Shown here piece by piece: positions 21,101-27,236 of a stretch of DNA of 31,996 bases. How positions within the stretch are numbered: the stretch's first letter is position 1; every line of letters begins with the position of its first letter. The stretch is from a virus (taxonomy: Duplodnaviria > Caudoviricetes), in IMG/VR virus record IMGVR_UViG_3300031519_000130, positions 1-31,996 of that record; one strand, written 5' to 3'. The position numbers were made by a program, and so were the translations under genes. The notes beneath the pieces are model-generated. The model saw only the letters and a program-made list of their open reading frames with translations. It searched no databases and was not told where the DNA came from.

Positions 21101-22144
21101 ATCGCTGTAACAACAATAACTGACAACCATTACTACAACGAAGGATCAGATATAATATTAGATGTAGCACAACTGGCATCAGATGGACAGACACTTACAG
21201 CCAATGATGTATTGTCTGTGACAACATTTAACAATGCACTTGGAATGAAGCAGAGAAGAGAAGTGCTAGAAGGAAAAACTAACGGAATATTTAAATTGAG
21301 ATTTGATCCACTGAACGCAGGATACACTTACGTGTGGTTAGAAGGAGTACAACTGATACAGAATTTTGATTTCACAATGACCGGTAACACAATAACAGTA
21401 GTTGGCAAGACGATAACAAAATCGGATAGATTAGATGTGATGTACTTCGCATTAGACTCTGCAACAGGTGCCACAGGATTCAGAATATTCAAGGATATGT
21501 TGAACAGAACTTTCTACAAACGTATCTCTAAAAATTCAACTACATCTTTAGTTGATGATCTAGTTGAAGGAAATAGCACAATACAGATTAAAGACGCAAC
21601 ATTATTACCTGAACCTAGCATAACAAATAACATGCCAGGTGTTATCTTTATAGATAAAGAAAGAATTGAATATTTTACCAAGTCTGGAAACACGTTGGGA
21701 CAACTAAGACGTGGAACCCTTGGAACAGGAATTAAGGACCATAGCGATGGCACACTAGTGGTAGATGCCAGCGGAACTCAAACTATACCTTATGCAGATA
21801 CAGTGTACACCAACACCTTCACAGGTGACGGTAGTACTTTTGCGTTTGCACTATCACAAACCCCAGCCTCTGCTAGTGAGTTAGACATATTCATTGGTGG
21901 CCAACGATTGTTGCTTACTAGCGAGGATGGATCAACTATTAACTACTCTGTGGACGGATCTAGCACAACAGTGACTTTAAGCACTGTACCGGCTGACGGA
22001 ACACAGGTTAAAATCTTACACAAGAGAGGACAGGTTTGGTATACAGCATTAGGCAGTAATCCGGCGGATGGTAAAGGCTTACAGGCTTCTACCACTCAAC
22101 AAGCTAGATTCATAGCTAATGAGCCAACAAACTCACCTGAATAA
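9101..22144 (+). CDS. Giant multidomain virion structural protein (gp7-position baseplate wedge/appendage), 4347 aa
   Basis: Single uninterrupted 13-kb ORF coupled to gp6 (TAATG). Contains a cupredoxin-like module (GHPFWI...LYYQCGNHDAM), FG-GAP-like blades (FGESIAMSKDGTALIIGAPG), CBM5/12-like motifs, a GGSGYTSTPTVTI motif and GDGST-type small beta-domains. Confidence 0.75.
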   Translation: MADNTTNSLTNNEVIKQGNNEYRRTVQHLPAFYRTDTNQRFLASTLDPLVQKGSLERLDGYIGRQDAYTRLITDRYLTATNRDRFAYQLEPAVTYTDRDTTSINPEDQVKFTGTYDDYINQIKYFGGKVDNHDRLNKETVYGWNPAIDYDKLINYREYYWIPEGPGVIELDSVGPSAVVEYDVVNLAKGAYNFGHRPGENNPIIKLYRGNTYKFKVNATGHPFWIMTEPYKSMVAEDGSTSTVHSTGVTNNGVDSGTVTFTVPLTGGPDTLYYQCGNHDAMYGILQIRAINTLAKINPEDDIIGVKNYSLRTLDLSNGMKIKFTPGQLEPDSTYLNKEYYVEGVGDAITLTDIDDLITPGSYATEGTVLYDSVGYDSRPYAKAYYTPNTQDYITIKRDSRDQNAWSRYNRWFHRSIIDETARVSGYTPNLEETDRAKRPIIEFDSGLALYNHGTVAKRSVTLYDTVTTDAFSSVVNQTGYIVDGLALANGMRIIFAADTDPIVKNKIYDVNFATIGGAQVISLTEASAGTPLNDDSIFVEFGTVNQGKTFHYNSAITAWTESQQKTGVNQQPFFGMYDNDHTSFDNETTYPNSSFVGAKVFEFATSDTATTDTILGIKVKYNSINNVGDIVFNSDHTSGTFTYKSGTTTVTKNLAEGHLHYTTARATHNSRSAWVKRTIENKQRVIRTQTVDDTEKKLFPIDFYKNSAALTDLEVSVLVNGSRKTITTDYTLVNGTSNKYIKFVNELKVDDQIRIAGYSTADKVDSKGIYEIPDNLSINSLNQQLGTFTYGQILTHVRDIFDKNQDVTGDIPGMSNLRDKPDARLKGGSIQQHEGPLLPAVFGLIDQESNVMLALDHANMEYEKWYNAFLTHAVGTAYEGVVADRVDEIIKAITQGRNSSFPCYYEDMIGWGENVSTRSYTVMGISQTEYALDSQHNVTTPSNRAVYVYLNNVQLLVGTQYTFSTTDDSINILATLAEGDKVVIKDYADTTGSYMPSTPTKFGMYPKFKPESFTDDTYITNQTVIRKHDGSIIKAYGDERDSLILELEKRIYNNCKTAYDSTLLDLSDVNPTAFSSTEYTLSEINDIMGVDFYTWAGRNNVQYINNTQFVEGSPFTYNYALSTSRITTSEKLPGYWRAIYHYYYDTDAPHVRPWEMLGHSEKPTDWETTYGPAPYTSANDVLWNAIATEPGHYGKPGILNHLPVDASGNLLDPLAAGLVDNFDIPGRQASWKFGDQAPAETSWRRSSAYPFAVIKLLALTKPAKFFSNYFDLSRLTTNVAGNQISTDTGIRKTLATAKYHLETVTDNATGITTRYQTAGYQNFVVNYLISRNLDPATFYYNKMKKLTVQLAYKLGGFTDKDNIKILTDSVSPGSTSGSKFVADENYKILFRTSNPVESFNYSGVLIEKNTDTSIDGSTLLGGYKVLGYSTTKPYFRFNYPIKSTKGNAVSIEGAIPVLQYKRYQEATQTIPYGYVFTTIQDVVDFLFGYGHWLEDQGFKFNKFSNEIKETLNWSNAVREFLFWTTQEWAPGSAVTVSPAADGFELDTDNSIVGKLRNLAGDYSVLDAGGRKIDIRDISTKRTGKTFELGIKSQDIGLYNITLNTVQKEHILLFDNSTVFSDIIYDPFTGFRQNRLKIVGWKTAGWNGDYYAPGFMFDSAQVTYWLQNTDYKIGDTVENQGKFYVATVNHNSTTTFDYANWILKTEKPAPQLIPNFDYKISQFKDFYELETNNFDESQQQLAQRLIGYQSRDYLENLFVNDVSQYKFYQGYIREKGTQNAIDRLTKAKYEGEDITLDLYPEWMIRTGNFGNTDSIENIQLVLRDNLIKADPQSIELVATTNDEKEYQRSISVDKSALYYKPVDYTALTTFSRLDYSKEGTDRNTAQVYKTAGYPQLNQVQHTAFNITDLSNLDMNAITANDLVWVANKSNNDWDVLRITSSGYKIAGLKTLNDATQLEITFTGSHGLSAGTTSTRADYFGISNSEELTLNGVHLVSSIPDYKTVIIDYTGNTAFIPSLEDGSTSDSYGNVYKFISVRLSSMNNVNDLISYADYNDKDDAIEKEGDKVFADADSSGLWRVYEKQDPYTQGLILSPDSSTVNQEFGHRIVARNDGRTVIISAPGKNEGEIHFLFRSSSEAGTLLQTQLTETMTDNNDNTGRLGDSLSMSTDDNFVVAGAPYTNTIGSDGSTRQLNAGLMKIYVWDPSTFKYGILSTLTPPTDGSSANEDLNFGWAHKISEPTSASARSTAQKYLFVSGPGHDGDQGRIYMYTWGIGADGSTYDTWTQDYTLEAPDGGSGQRFGHRLEANDNGDILAVSSLAPGNAGKVEIFVRAGSASDGSSQNSFTLVQTLTGVASDGSTINTAFGESIAMSKDGTALIIGAPGIDSTEQPDAGEVYYYKWNADASSNTYTLQQTISAPGTQSNMKFGTALDINQDGTRLVIGAENFASAREIKFDSGETTFDLQDTTIVDLNTGSGGAYTATMYNTKFILDDSLIAGNVSENDDFGKGVCMIDNSVFIGSPKDNGNIDVNDGSSKIENDGTVNRYDLKVNGEYAWQNLVTETALIDIEKLGQVFEFDSGSKQVRDHYNMYDPVKGRILGVADREINIKTTWDPAIYNSGTITNTKTPWAEEHIGEVWWDLSKVKWIWYEQGSQEYKVNNWGKIFPGSSIDICEWTESIFLPNEWNLRTGREQGITGTALYDDNTQYTVMQKYNSLLDTFVDYYYYWVKNKATVPSSSVVTRKNSTGYVSNLIANPHSYNFKYYSITDTNKLIINNVNNLVDNAIVLNIDIRTNNFEGDSHSVWKLAREGDKDFRPGIQIEARWWDSLIGKNDTGDSVPDQNLPTNQQYGNNTRPRQSWYVDRYSALKEIIDYSNSMLKKQQLVGQINLTNLDAKEPEPTIQSLEWDQSVDTYAELTYINTADTSGTVNYLVKADETANGFWAIYKWDGTEFSRTKLQTYNTSTYWSYTDWYGTDPAIHEMLHSEKTPIDKQVTFEYELDTLDMDIGKHVKVTSADTGGWKLFMKTVAGWLNVGTENGTIRLSTKLYDYSQDATGFAGNDTFDDNFFDQEPSIETRNILTALRDDLFINDLAVEYNTLFFTGLRKVLAEQTYVDWMFKTSFINAKNSVRALDQRKTYTTGTDSWIESYINEVKPFHTKLREYKLGHTGTETHDGMFTDFDSPTFYDVETGKIRALNVSSDTAKLTEYPWQMWNDYHKKYVSSITVGNGGSGYTSTPTVTIVGGTVASTGPFQILATSSSGSTSGSYGYYHPLFSSEAQAKIYDSQDGGAGTTNSYTFDGYTNTFYGPSTTIVPQSTISSAFKMYTTPTTTAATATATVKDGSVTQITVNGIGANYTTTPRVVITGGASDGSTPTDTARAYANLNNDLVRDFNTTIKFDRVSSTSRVTDWTASTSYAYNDLFRYNNQLYKTTSAFTATTDFDDNIGDVYKVYGDETGLTAADRTKGFYTPGSGMPGNELAQVMSGVDYGGTMVTGLLFTQEQGWDKAGWYDFPWDNYGDSRIQAFRADGLSTLYTFDKAPSSTDVYQVYITHNDSTRRKLSDVFRGDGSTVEFRISELADEDALIEFIPFDDDGVLTPTDDRTLESIVQGGLFGSALGHAPSDILLEGDDFISPDTSYAPEETVPGQMFDTLDIKVYTSPESGVPFISERNHRGDGTTLTFSIGDYPGTLASVTVSVNGVVKKLTTHYTVSVANKTITFTSAPPANSVVATRVFAISGENYRVLDQYTGDGSTATYTTGTRGEFNLDSTVSDMYITVDGVPTTAFTTTTTANTITVTFNTPPTANAFIQIAGFNKSSTSTRSFASIRNQAITYDGSTDRYTLTYPPGSIGPLSGLTMIEANGKVLRGPDVSYYLGDGTTANFNFNPRSTVGNAGIHRTADISIETTDTTTTSADAAGTPGTDDILGEDSTIDPTKVVTSVSQIKIHVNGVEKILNTDYTVDLGNGIYTTDISSESSDTTTTTSDAAGQPDLIKFVTAPESTDLIAVTTITDNHYYNEGSDIILDVAQLASDGQTLTANDVLSVTTFNNALGMKQRREVLEGKTNGIFKLRFDPLNAGYTYVWLEGVQLIQNFDFTMTGNTITVVGKTITKSDRLDVMYFALDSATGATGFRIFKDMLNRTFYKRISKNSTTSLVDDLVEGNSTIQIKDATLLPEPSITNNMPGVIFIDKERIEYFTKSGNTLGQLRRGTLGTGIKDHSDGTLVVDASGTQTIPYADTVYTNTFTGDGSTFAFALSQTPASASELDIFIGGQRLLLTSEDGSTINYSVDGSSTTVTLSTVPADGTQVKILHKRGQVWYTALGSNPADGKGLQASTTQQARFIANEPTNSPE
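20771..21060 (+). repeat. Two-copy internal repeat of about 26 aa in the giant protein
   Basis: GIHRTADISIETTDTTTTSADAAGTP (about 20771-20848) versus GIYTTDISSESSDTTTTTSDAAGQP (about 20984-21058). DNA similarity is visible (cagatatatca...ctgacacaactacaac...gatgc-gcagg). Confidence 0.85.
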
Positions 22145-22147
22145 ATA
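22140..22147 (+). promoter_or_regulatory. T4-late-like promoter box AATAAATA
   Basis: Overlaps the stop codon of the giant ORF; 6 nt before the ATG at 22154. Confidence 0.55.
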
Positions 22148-22153
22148 CACTAG

Positions 22154-22879
22154 ATGACAGACCAACCTAAACAGAACGAACATAAAGAAGAGAACAAAAA
22201 ACCTCAGGATAACACAGGTGTTATGATGACAGGGCATATTAAGATTTTTGACCCAGAGACAGGAGAAGTAATTGTTGATAAAAGAAATGCAATTCACTAC
22301 GAGAACATGTCCCAAGCATTGGCCAATTCGTTGGCAAACAAAACAACAGGATTTGTTCATGAAATGTCATTTGGCAACGGCGGAACAAGTGTTGATCCTA
22401 CAGGTATTATCACATATCTAACACCAAACTCTACAGGTACAAATGCAACTTTGTACAATCAAACATATTATAAAGTGATAGATGATAATTCTGCCACTAA
22501 TAAAGACACTACACGGAACAAGATGGAAGTCAGACACACAGCAGGTAACAAGTATACAGATATCGTTTGTACTTGCACACTGGACTACGGTGAACCCACA
22601 GGACAGGCGGCGTTTGATAATACAACAAATTTCAATGGTGATTATGTTTTTGATGAATTAGGATTAAAATCATGGGAAGGAACAGAGAACGGCTCAACAA
22701 ACAAACTGTTGACACACGTTATATTCCACCCGGTACAGAAATCGTTGAATAGATTGATACAAATTGATTACACTTTAAGAATTCAAAGTTTAACAACTTT
22801 CACTGAAACAAGTTCAACTGCATTATCGACATCAAATACTGTAAGTGGAACTACATCAGGCGGTAACACAGGATACTAA
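22154..22879 (+). CDS. Baseplate/fibre-attachment structural protein (tail-collar/DUF3751-like fold suspected), 241 aa
   Basis: NAIH...SFGNGG...VFDELGL...LLTHVIFHPVQKSLNRLIQIDYTLRI resembles fibre-proximal/baseplate domains. Sits between the giant wedge protein and the fibre genes. Confidence 0.55.
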   Translation: MTDQPKQNEHKEENKKPQDNTGVMMTGHIKIFDPETGEVIVDKRNAIHYENMSQALANSLANKTTGFVHEMSFGNGGTSVDPTGIITYLTPNSTGTNATLYNQTYYKVIDDNSATNKDTTRNKMEVRHTAGNKYTDIVCTCTLDYGEPTGQAAFDNTTNFNGDYVFDELGLKSWEGTENGSTNKLLTHVIFHPVQKSLNRLIQIDYTLRIQSLTTFTETSSTALSTSNTVSGTTSGGNTGY

Positions 22880-22881
22880 AA

Positions 22882-24390
22882 ATGGCGTACACTGTAAACA
22901 AGTCAAACACTTCGGCATCACCAAACCTGTACACGGTACAGGACGGTGTTGTGAACACTCAGACTGATCTTTCATTCGTAGGAAAAGGCTATGCAGGTTA
23001 CGGAGAAGTAATTGCAGAGAATTTCCTACACTTAATGGAGAATTTCGCAAACACAACAGCACCAACTAAACCAATAACAGGTCAATTATGGTATGACAGT
23101 TCTGTTAATAGGATGAAGGTATATTCAGGAACTTCATTTGTACCATCGGGTGGTAATGTTCCATATCAATCACAGGAACCTAATTCTGCTACACAGGGAG
23201 ACATATGGATTGATTCTGACACAGGACAACTTTACTACTACAACGGAACATCTTCAATATTAGTAGGCCCACCGAGTGCGACAGGAAACACAAATGGATT
23301 TACATACAATGCAATATTAGACTCATCAGATGCAACACAGAATGTTACTAAATGGTTCAATGACGGGAACCTGATAGCAATAATATCAGAAGATACATTT
23401 ACACCCAAAACTACTTTATCTGGATTTGCAACAATTAAAAAAGGTATAACACTGACTACTGCAATAGCAGATACAAAATTTCAAGGTACAGCAACAGACT
23501 CAGACTCACTGGGAGGAGTAGCGGCGGCAAACTATCTAAGAGCAAATGCCAATGATACAACATCAGGTACACTAACAGTTGCTAATGATGGTGGTGTAAA
23601 GATTGGTGCAGACAGTGATTTAACTATATCAGTTGAATCCACAGGTGCAATTATTTCAAATATTATTCAAGATACAGACATCACATTCAAAGTCAATGAT
23701 GGCGGAACAACTACTACATTAATGACATTAGATGGATCAGCATCAAGGATAGGTATTGGAACAACAACGCCAACAACAACACTAGACGTTAATGGTGCAA
23801 TTAAATCAACATCAATCACAGCGACAGTAACAGGTAACGTCACAGGAAATGTAGCAGGAAACTTAACAAGCTCAGGTGCCAACACAATGGGTACGTTAGT
23901 AATGAATGGTACGGTAACGTCAAAAGCAATATTACCGGTCGATGATGCAACATATGACATAGGATCATCTAGCAAAGGATACAACACAGTGCATGCCAAA
24001 GCGACATCGGCACAGTACGCTGACTTGGCTGAGATATACGAAGCTGACTCGGAGTACGAAGTGGGCACAGTTGTTATATTTGGCGGTGAGAAAGAAATCA
24101 CAGTTTCAAGCATGGGTGCAGATCCAAGGGTTGCAGGAGTTATATCTGGTGATCCGGCTTACTTGATGAACAGCAAAGCAACAGGTCAAGCAGTAGCATT
24201 ACAGGGCAAAGTACCTTGCAAGGTTGTTGGACAGATCAGCAAGGGAGATATGTTAGTTACACACTCACAATACCCAGGTGTTGCTAGAACAAGCATTAAT
24301 CCTGCAATGGGCACAGTGGTAGGAAAAGCACTGGAAGAATACAATTCAACCGAAATAGGCACAATTAATATTGTGGCTGGAAGACTATAA
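22882..24390 (+). CDS. Tail fibre protein 1 with C-terminal Peptidase_G2-like intramolecular chaperone, 502 aa
   Basis: N-terminus shared with the other two fibres (MAY.....DG.....DL..VGKGYAGYGE..AENF..LMENF..P..P..GQLW.D). Fibre motif RIGIGTTTPTTTLDVNG. C-terminal ADLAE.Y...GTVV..GG...GVIS..PAYLMN...VAL.GKVPCKV. Confidence 0.8.
   Translation: MAYTVNKSNTSASPNLYTVQDGVVNTQTDLSFVGKGYAGYGEVIAENFLHLMENFANTTAPTKPITGQLWYDSSVNRMKVYSGTSFVPSGGNVPYQSQEPNSATQGDIWIDSDTGQLYYYNGTSSILVGPPSATGNTNGFTYNAILDSSDATQNVTKWFNDGNLIAIISEDTFTPKTTLSGFATIKKGITLTTAIADTKFQGTATDSDSLGGVAAANYLRANANDTTSGTLTVANDGGVKIGADSDLTISVESTGAIISNIIQDTDITFKVNDGGTTTTLMTLDGSASRIGIGTTTPTTTLDVNGAIKSTSITATVTGNVTGNVAGNLTSSGANTMGTLVMNGTVTSKAILPVDDATYDIGSSSKGYNTVHAKATSAQYADLAEIYEADSEYEVGTVVIFGGEKEITVSSMGADPRVAGVISGDPAYLMNSKATGQAVALQGKVPCKVVGQISKGDMLVTHSQYPGVARTSINPAMGTVVGKALEEYNSTEIGTINIVAGRL
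24008..24029 (+). repeat. 22-nt exact direct repeat, copy 1 (CGGCACAGTACGCTGACTTGGC)
   Basis: Identical to 30385-30406; encodes AQYADLA at the start of the G2-like domain. Confidence 0.85.
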
Positions 24391-24393
24391 ATA
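24386..24393 (+). promoter_or_regulatory. T4 late promoter consensus TATAAATA
   Basis: Perfect 8/8 match overlapping the fibre-1 stop codon, 7 nt before the ATG at 24401. Confidence 0.7.
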
Positions 24394-24400
24394 TAAACAA

Positions 24401-25783
24401 ATGGCGTACACAATTAACAGAACAGACGGATCAGTAGTAACTACAATCACAGACGGTACAGTAGATAACACTACGTCGGTACAACTTTTCGGAAAAAGCT
24501 TCTCAGGATTTGGGGAAGGCCTTAACGAGAACCTTGTAAAACTACTAGAAAATTCAGCATCAACATCAGCACCAACGGCACCTTTAAAAGGCGAGCTTTG
24601 GATGGACACTGCTACAGGACAGTTGAAGGTGTATGACGGATCAGCATTCAAACCCACAGGTGGAGCAAAATCACAATCATCGGCACCAACAGGCGCATCG
24701 TCAGGTGATCTTTGGCACGATTCAGATGATGATCAACTTTATGTTTACACAGGATCAGCATTCCAATTAGTTGGACCAGTTTACACAGCAGGACAGACAC
24801 TTTCAGGTTGGAAGATTGAAACACTAGGAAGTTCGGGAGGAAACAAAGTTGTTTCATCAATGTATGCAGGAAATACTAGGGTAGCAATACTTTCAAAAGA
24901 AACATTTACTCCAAGTGCAACACAGTCAGGCTTCTCTTCGATCAAGGCAGGATTGACACTTAACTCAACACTGGGAGCAGTGTTCGAAGGAACAAATACA
25001 CAGGCTTCACAAGTTAACATATCATCAACATCAAATACTTCAAGCACAGTTATTGCAGGTGGAAACTTTTTAAGAGCAGATGCGGCAGACACAACAACAG
25101 GTGCACTGACAATCGATGCCAACGGTGGTATAATTGTCGGAGGCTCACAGGAATTATCAGTAACAGTTTCAGACAACGATGTAACGATTGCACAGACATC
25201 AGAAGATAAAGATTTAAAATTCACAGTGAACGATGGAGGCACAACAAAAACACCATTACAACTTACAGGTGCAGATGGCGGAATTGATATCACAGGAGAT
25301 GTAACTATTACAGGTAACCTAAACGTTTCTGGAGAATATGAAGCAACATCAACGGTGATCAACACATTTAATGATGCATTTCTCAAACTTAACAATGGCA
25401 ACGGGGAAACAGACTCAGGACTTATTGTTGAAACAGGCGATACTGATGATGCTAGATTATTTTATGACGTTTCAGAAAATTTTTGGTCAGCTGGACATGG
25501 TCAAAGTTATTCACAAGTTATTAGATTAGCAGACTGTACAGATGACGGAAATGCAAACAAAGGCACAAAGGGATTGACAACAGATTCATCAACAGGTAAC
25601 TTAAAGGTTACTACACTTACTTTGAACGCAGTAGGATCAGTATTAACATCTACTACGAGTACAGACGTACCAAGTATAGGACAGGTAGTGACTTTGTTCA
25701 ATAGAATTAATAAAGTTGAAACATCAGCACCTTCAGCCTCAGATGGCAACAACGGAGACTTCTGGTTCGTAAGGGAGGCATAA
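24401..25783 (+). CDS. Tail fibre protein 2 (paralog without C-terminal chaperone), 460 aa
   Basis: The ORF track starts at TTG 24371, but ATG 24401 gives MAYTIN..., matching the MAYTVN/MAYKIN starts of the paralogs. Same N-terminal module. Ends TSAPSASDGNNGDFWFVREA. Confidence 0.8.
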   Translation: MAYTINRTDGSVVTTITDGTVDNTTSVQLFGKSFSGFGEGLNENLVKLLENSASTSAPTAPLKGELWMDTATGQLKVYDGSAFKPTGGAKSQSSAPTGASSGDLWHDSDDDQLYVYTGSAFQLVGPVYTAGQTLSGWKIETLGSSGGNKVVSSMYAGNTRVAILSKETFTPSATQSGFSSIKAGLTLNSTLGAVFEGTNTQASQVNISSTSNTSSTVIAGGNFLRADAADTTTGALTIDANGGIIVGGSQELSVTVSDNDVTIAQTSEDKDLKFTVNDGGTTKTPLQLTGADGGIDITGDVTITGNLNVSGEYEATSTVINTFNDAFLKLNNGNGETDSGLIVETGDTDDARLFYDVSENFWSAGHGQSYSQVIRLADCTDDGNANKGTKGLTTDSSTGNLKVTTLTLNAVGSVLTSTTSTDVPSIGQVVTLFNRINKVETSAPSASDGNNGDFWFVREA

Positions 25784-25787
25784 TCCC

Positions 25788-27236
25788 ATGGTAGCAGTCG
25801 TTAAGACATTCATTTACTCAGGACTACTTAATAAGTTAACAATTCCACCTGGAACAACATCCATTGACGTACACCTTTGGGGTGGCGCAGGAGGTGGCGG
25901 AGGATCAGATGCAGGTGGATCAGGCGGTACTGGTGCGGCAGGACATCATGTATCATCTTCGACTGTATCAATATCATCATCACAGATAGGAACAGTTATG
26001 CAAGTCGCAGTAGGCGGTGGTGGAGCAGGTGGAACATCTGGAACCAGTGCGGCAGGCGGAACTAACGGAAAAAGCATAACAGATTACTCAGGTGGCCAAG
26101 GAGGTGCGGCAGGACCCAGAGGTAACTCAGGTTCAGGTGGCGGAGGCGGAGGAGCCACAGTTGTACAGATAGATGGGACAGACATTGCCGTTGCAGGCGG
26201 CGGTGGAGGTGGTGCAGGTGCAGGGGCAGGATCAAACGGAACGTCAGGAATAAACTCAAATTCAGCAACATCAAGAAGCCCAGGAACACTGGGGGAAGAC
26301 GGTGCGGGTCACTCTGGAGACGGAGCAGGCGGAGGTGCCGGGGGTGGCGGAGTAGATGGAGGAATTGGCGGAAACGGTGGATCCAATGACAATGGTGGTA
26401 CAGGCGGTCGTTCAGGATCGAACAATGCCGCAGGTGGATCAAGTTCAGATGGCTCAGGAGTTACACCAGGCGGAACATCGAATGCTTTTTACTCGGCAGG
26501 TATAGCAGTAGGTGGCGGAGGAAGTCAATCAGGACAGAATGGTAAAGCAGTTGTTGTATTCAATGTAAGTGTACAGGCACAGTACAAAGTAGCAGGTGTA
26601 TGGAAAAATATTAATACTTTGTTTTACAAAGTATCTGGTACATGGAAACTAGTCACAGCAGGATACTACAAAGTAAGCGGAGTCTGGAAAGCACTTTATA
26701 ATGCAGGAATTAATTTTGTAGAAACAGCGGCAGGATTTGGAAACTCAAACGGTAACACGACTTCGGGTACAGCAGGATCAGGGCCTCCTATAGCACAATC
26801 CGGTGGTTGTTTCATAGCAGGAACAATGATCACCATGGCAGATGGTTCATTTAAAGCAGTAGAACAAGTAGATATTAGAGACGAAGTTGCAGTTGGTGGA
26901 TTTGTATTTGCAACAGGTAAATTCTTAATCGAGGATCTGTTTGAGTACAAAGGTATTAAGGTTTCAGGAACACACATGGTCAAAGAAGATGGCACATGGA
27001 CAAGGGTGTCAGACAGTAAGCATGGCAAATCATTGGGAGATGATGAACACATAGTTTACGTATTTGGATCTGAATTCAGAAGAATTATTATTAATGGTAT
27101 AGAGTTTACTGACTACTTTGAGATAGATGAGAAACAAAAATTATTGTCTATTGGCGAGAAATTTTTTGGTATTTGGCAGGATCATGATAGACAGACACTG
27201 GTTGATGATGTTACAATACTAAACAATGATAGATAA
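25788..27236 (+). CDS. Glycine-rich fibre-associated protein with C-terminal Hint (Hedgehog/intein) domain, 482 aa
   Basis: GGAGG ribosome-binding site upstream. LWGGAGGGGG...AGGGGGG glycine-rich domain; three YKVxGxWK repeats; GG|CFIAGTMITMADG (Hint block A, Cys341) and VSGTH (block B His396); no His-Asn splice terminus. Confidence 0.85.
   Translation: MVAVVKTFIYSGLLNKLTIPPGTTSIDVHLWGGAGGGGGSDAGGSGGTGAAGHHVSSSTVSISSSQIGTVMQVAVGGGGAGGTSGTSAAGGTNGKSITDYSGGQGGAAGPRGNSGSGGGGGGATVVQIDGTDIAVAGGGGGGAGAGAGSNGTSGINSNSATSRSPGTLGEDGAGHSGDGAGGGAGGGGVDGGIGGNGGSNDNGGTGGRSGSNNAAGGSSSDGSGVTPGGTSNAFYSAGIAVGGGGSQSGQNGKAVVVFNVSVQAQYKVAGVWKNINTLFYKVSGTWKLVTAGYYKVSGVWKALYNAGINFVETAAGFGNSNGNTTSGTAGSGPPIAQSGGCFIAGTMITMADGSFKAVEQVDIRDEVAVGGFVFATGKFLIEDLFEYKGIKVSGTHMVKEDGTWTRVSDSKHGKSLGDDEHIVYVFGSEFRRIIINGIEFTDYFEIDEKQKLLSIGEKFFGIWQDHDRQTLVDDVTILNNDR

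Noticed and set aside
24371-24400. TTG start for fibre 2 given in the ORF track
   Set aside because: It overlaps fibre 1 and lies upstream of the TATAAATA box. ATG 24401 gives the MAY start shared with the paralogs.
25870-26550. GC-richer GGN-repeat stretch as foreign DNA, or as collagen
   Set aside because: Explained by glycine codons. The runs are poly-Gly, not a sustained Gly-X-Y pattern.
26808-27236. Mobile intein or homing element
   Set aside because: No terminal His-Asn-(Cys/Ser/Thr), no endonuclease motifs and no plausible C-extein. Better read as a Hedgehog-like Hint domain.
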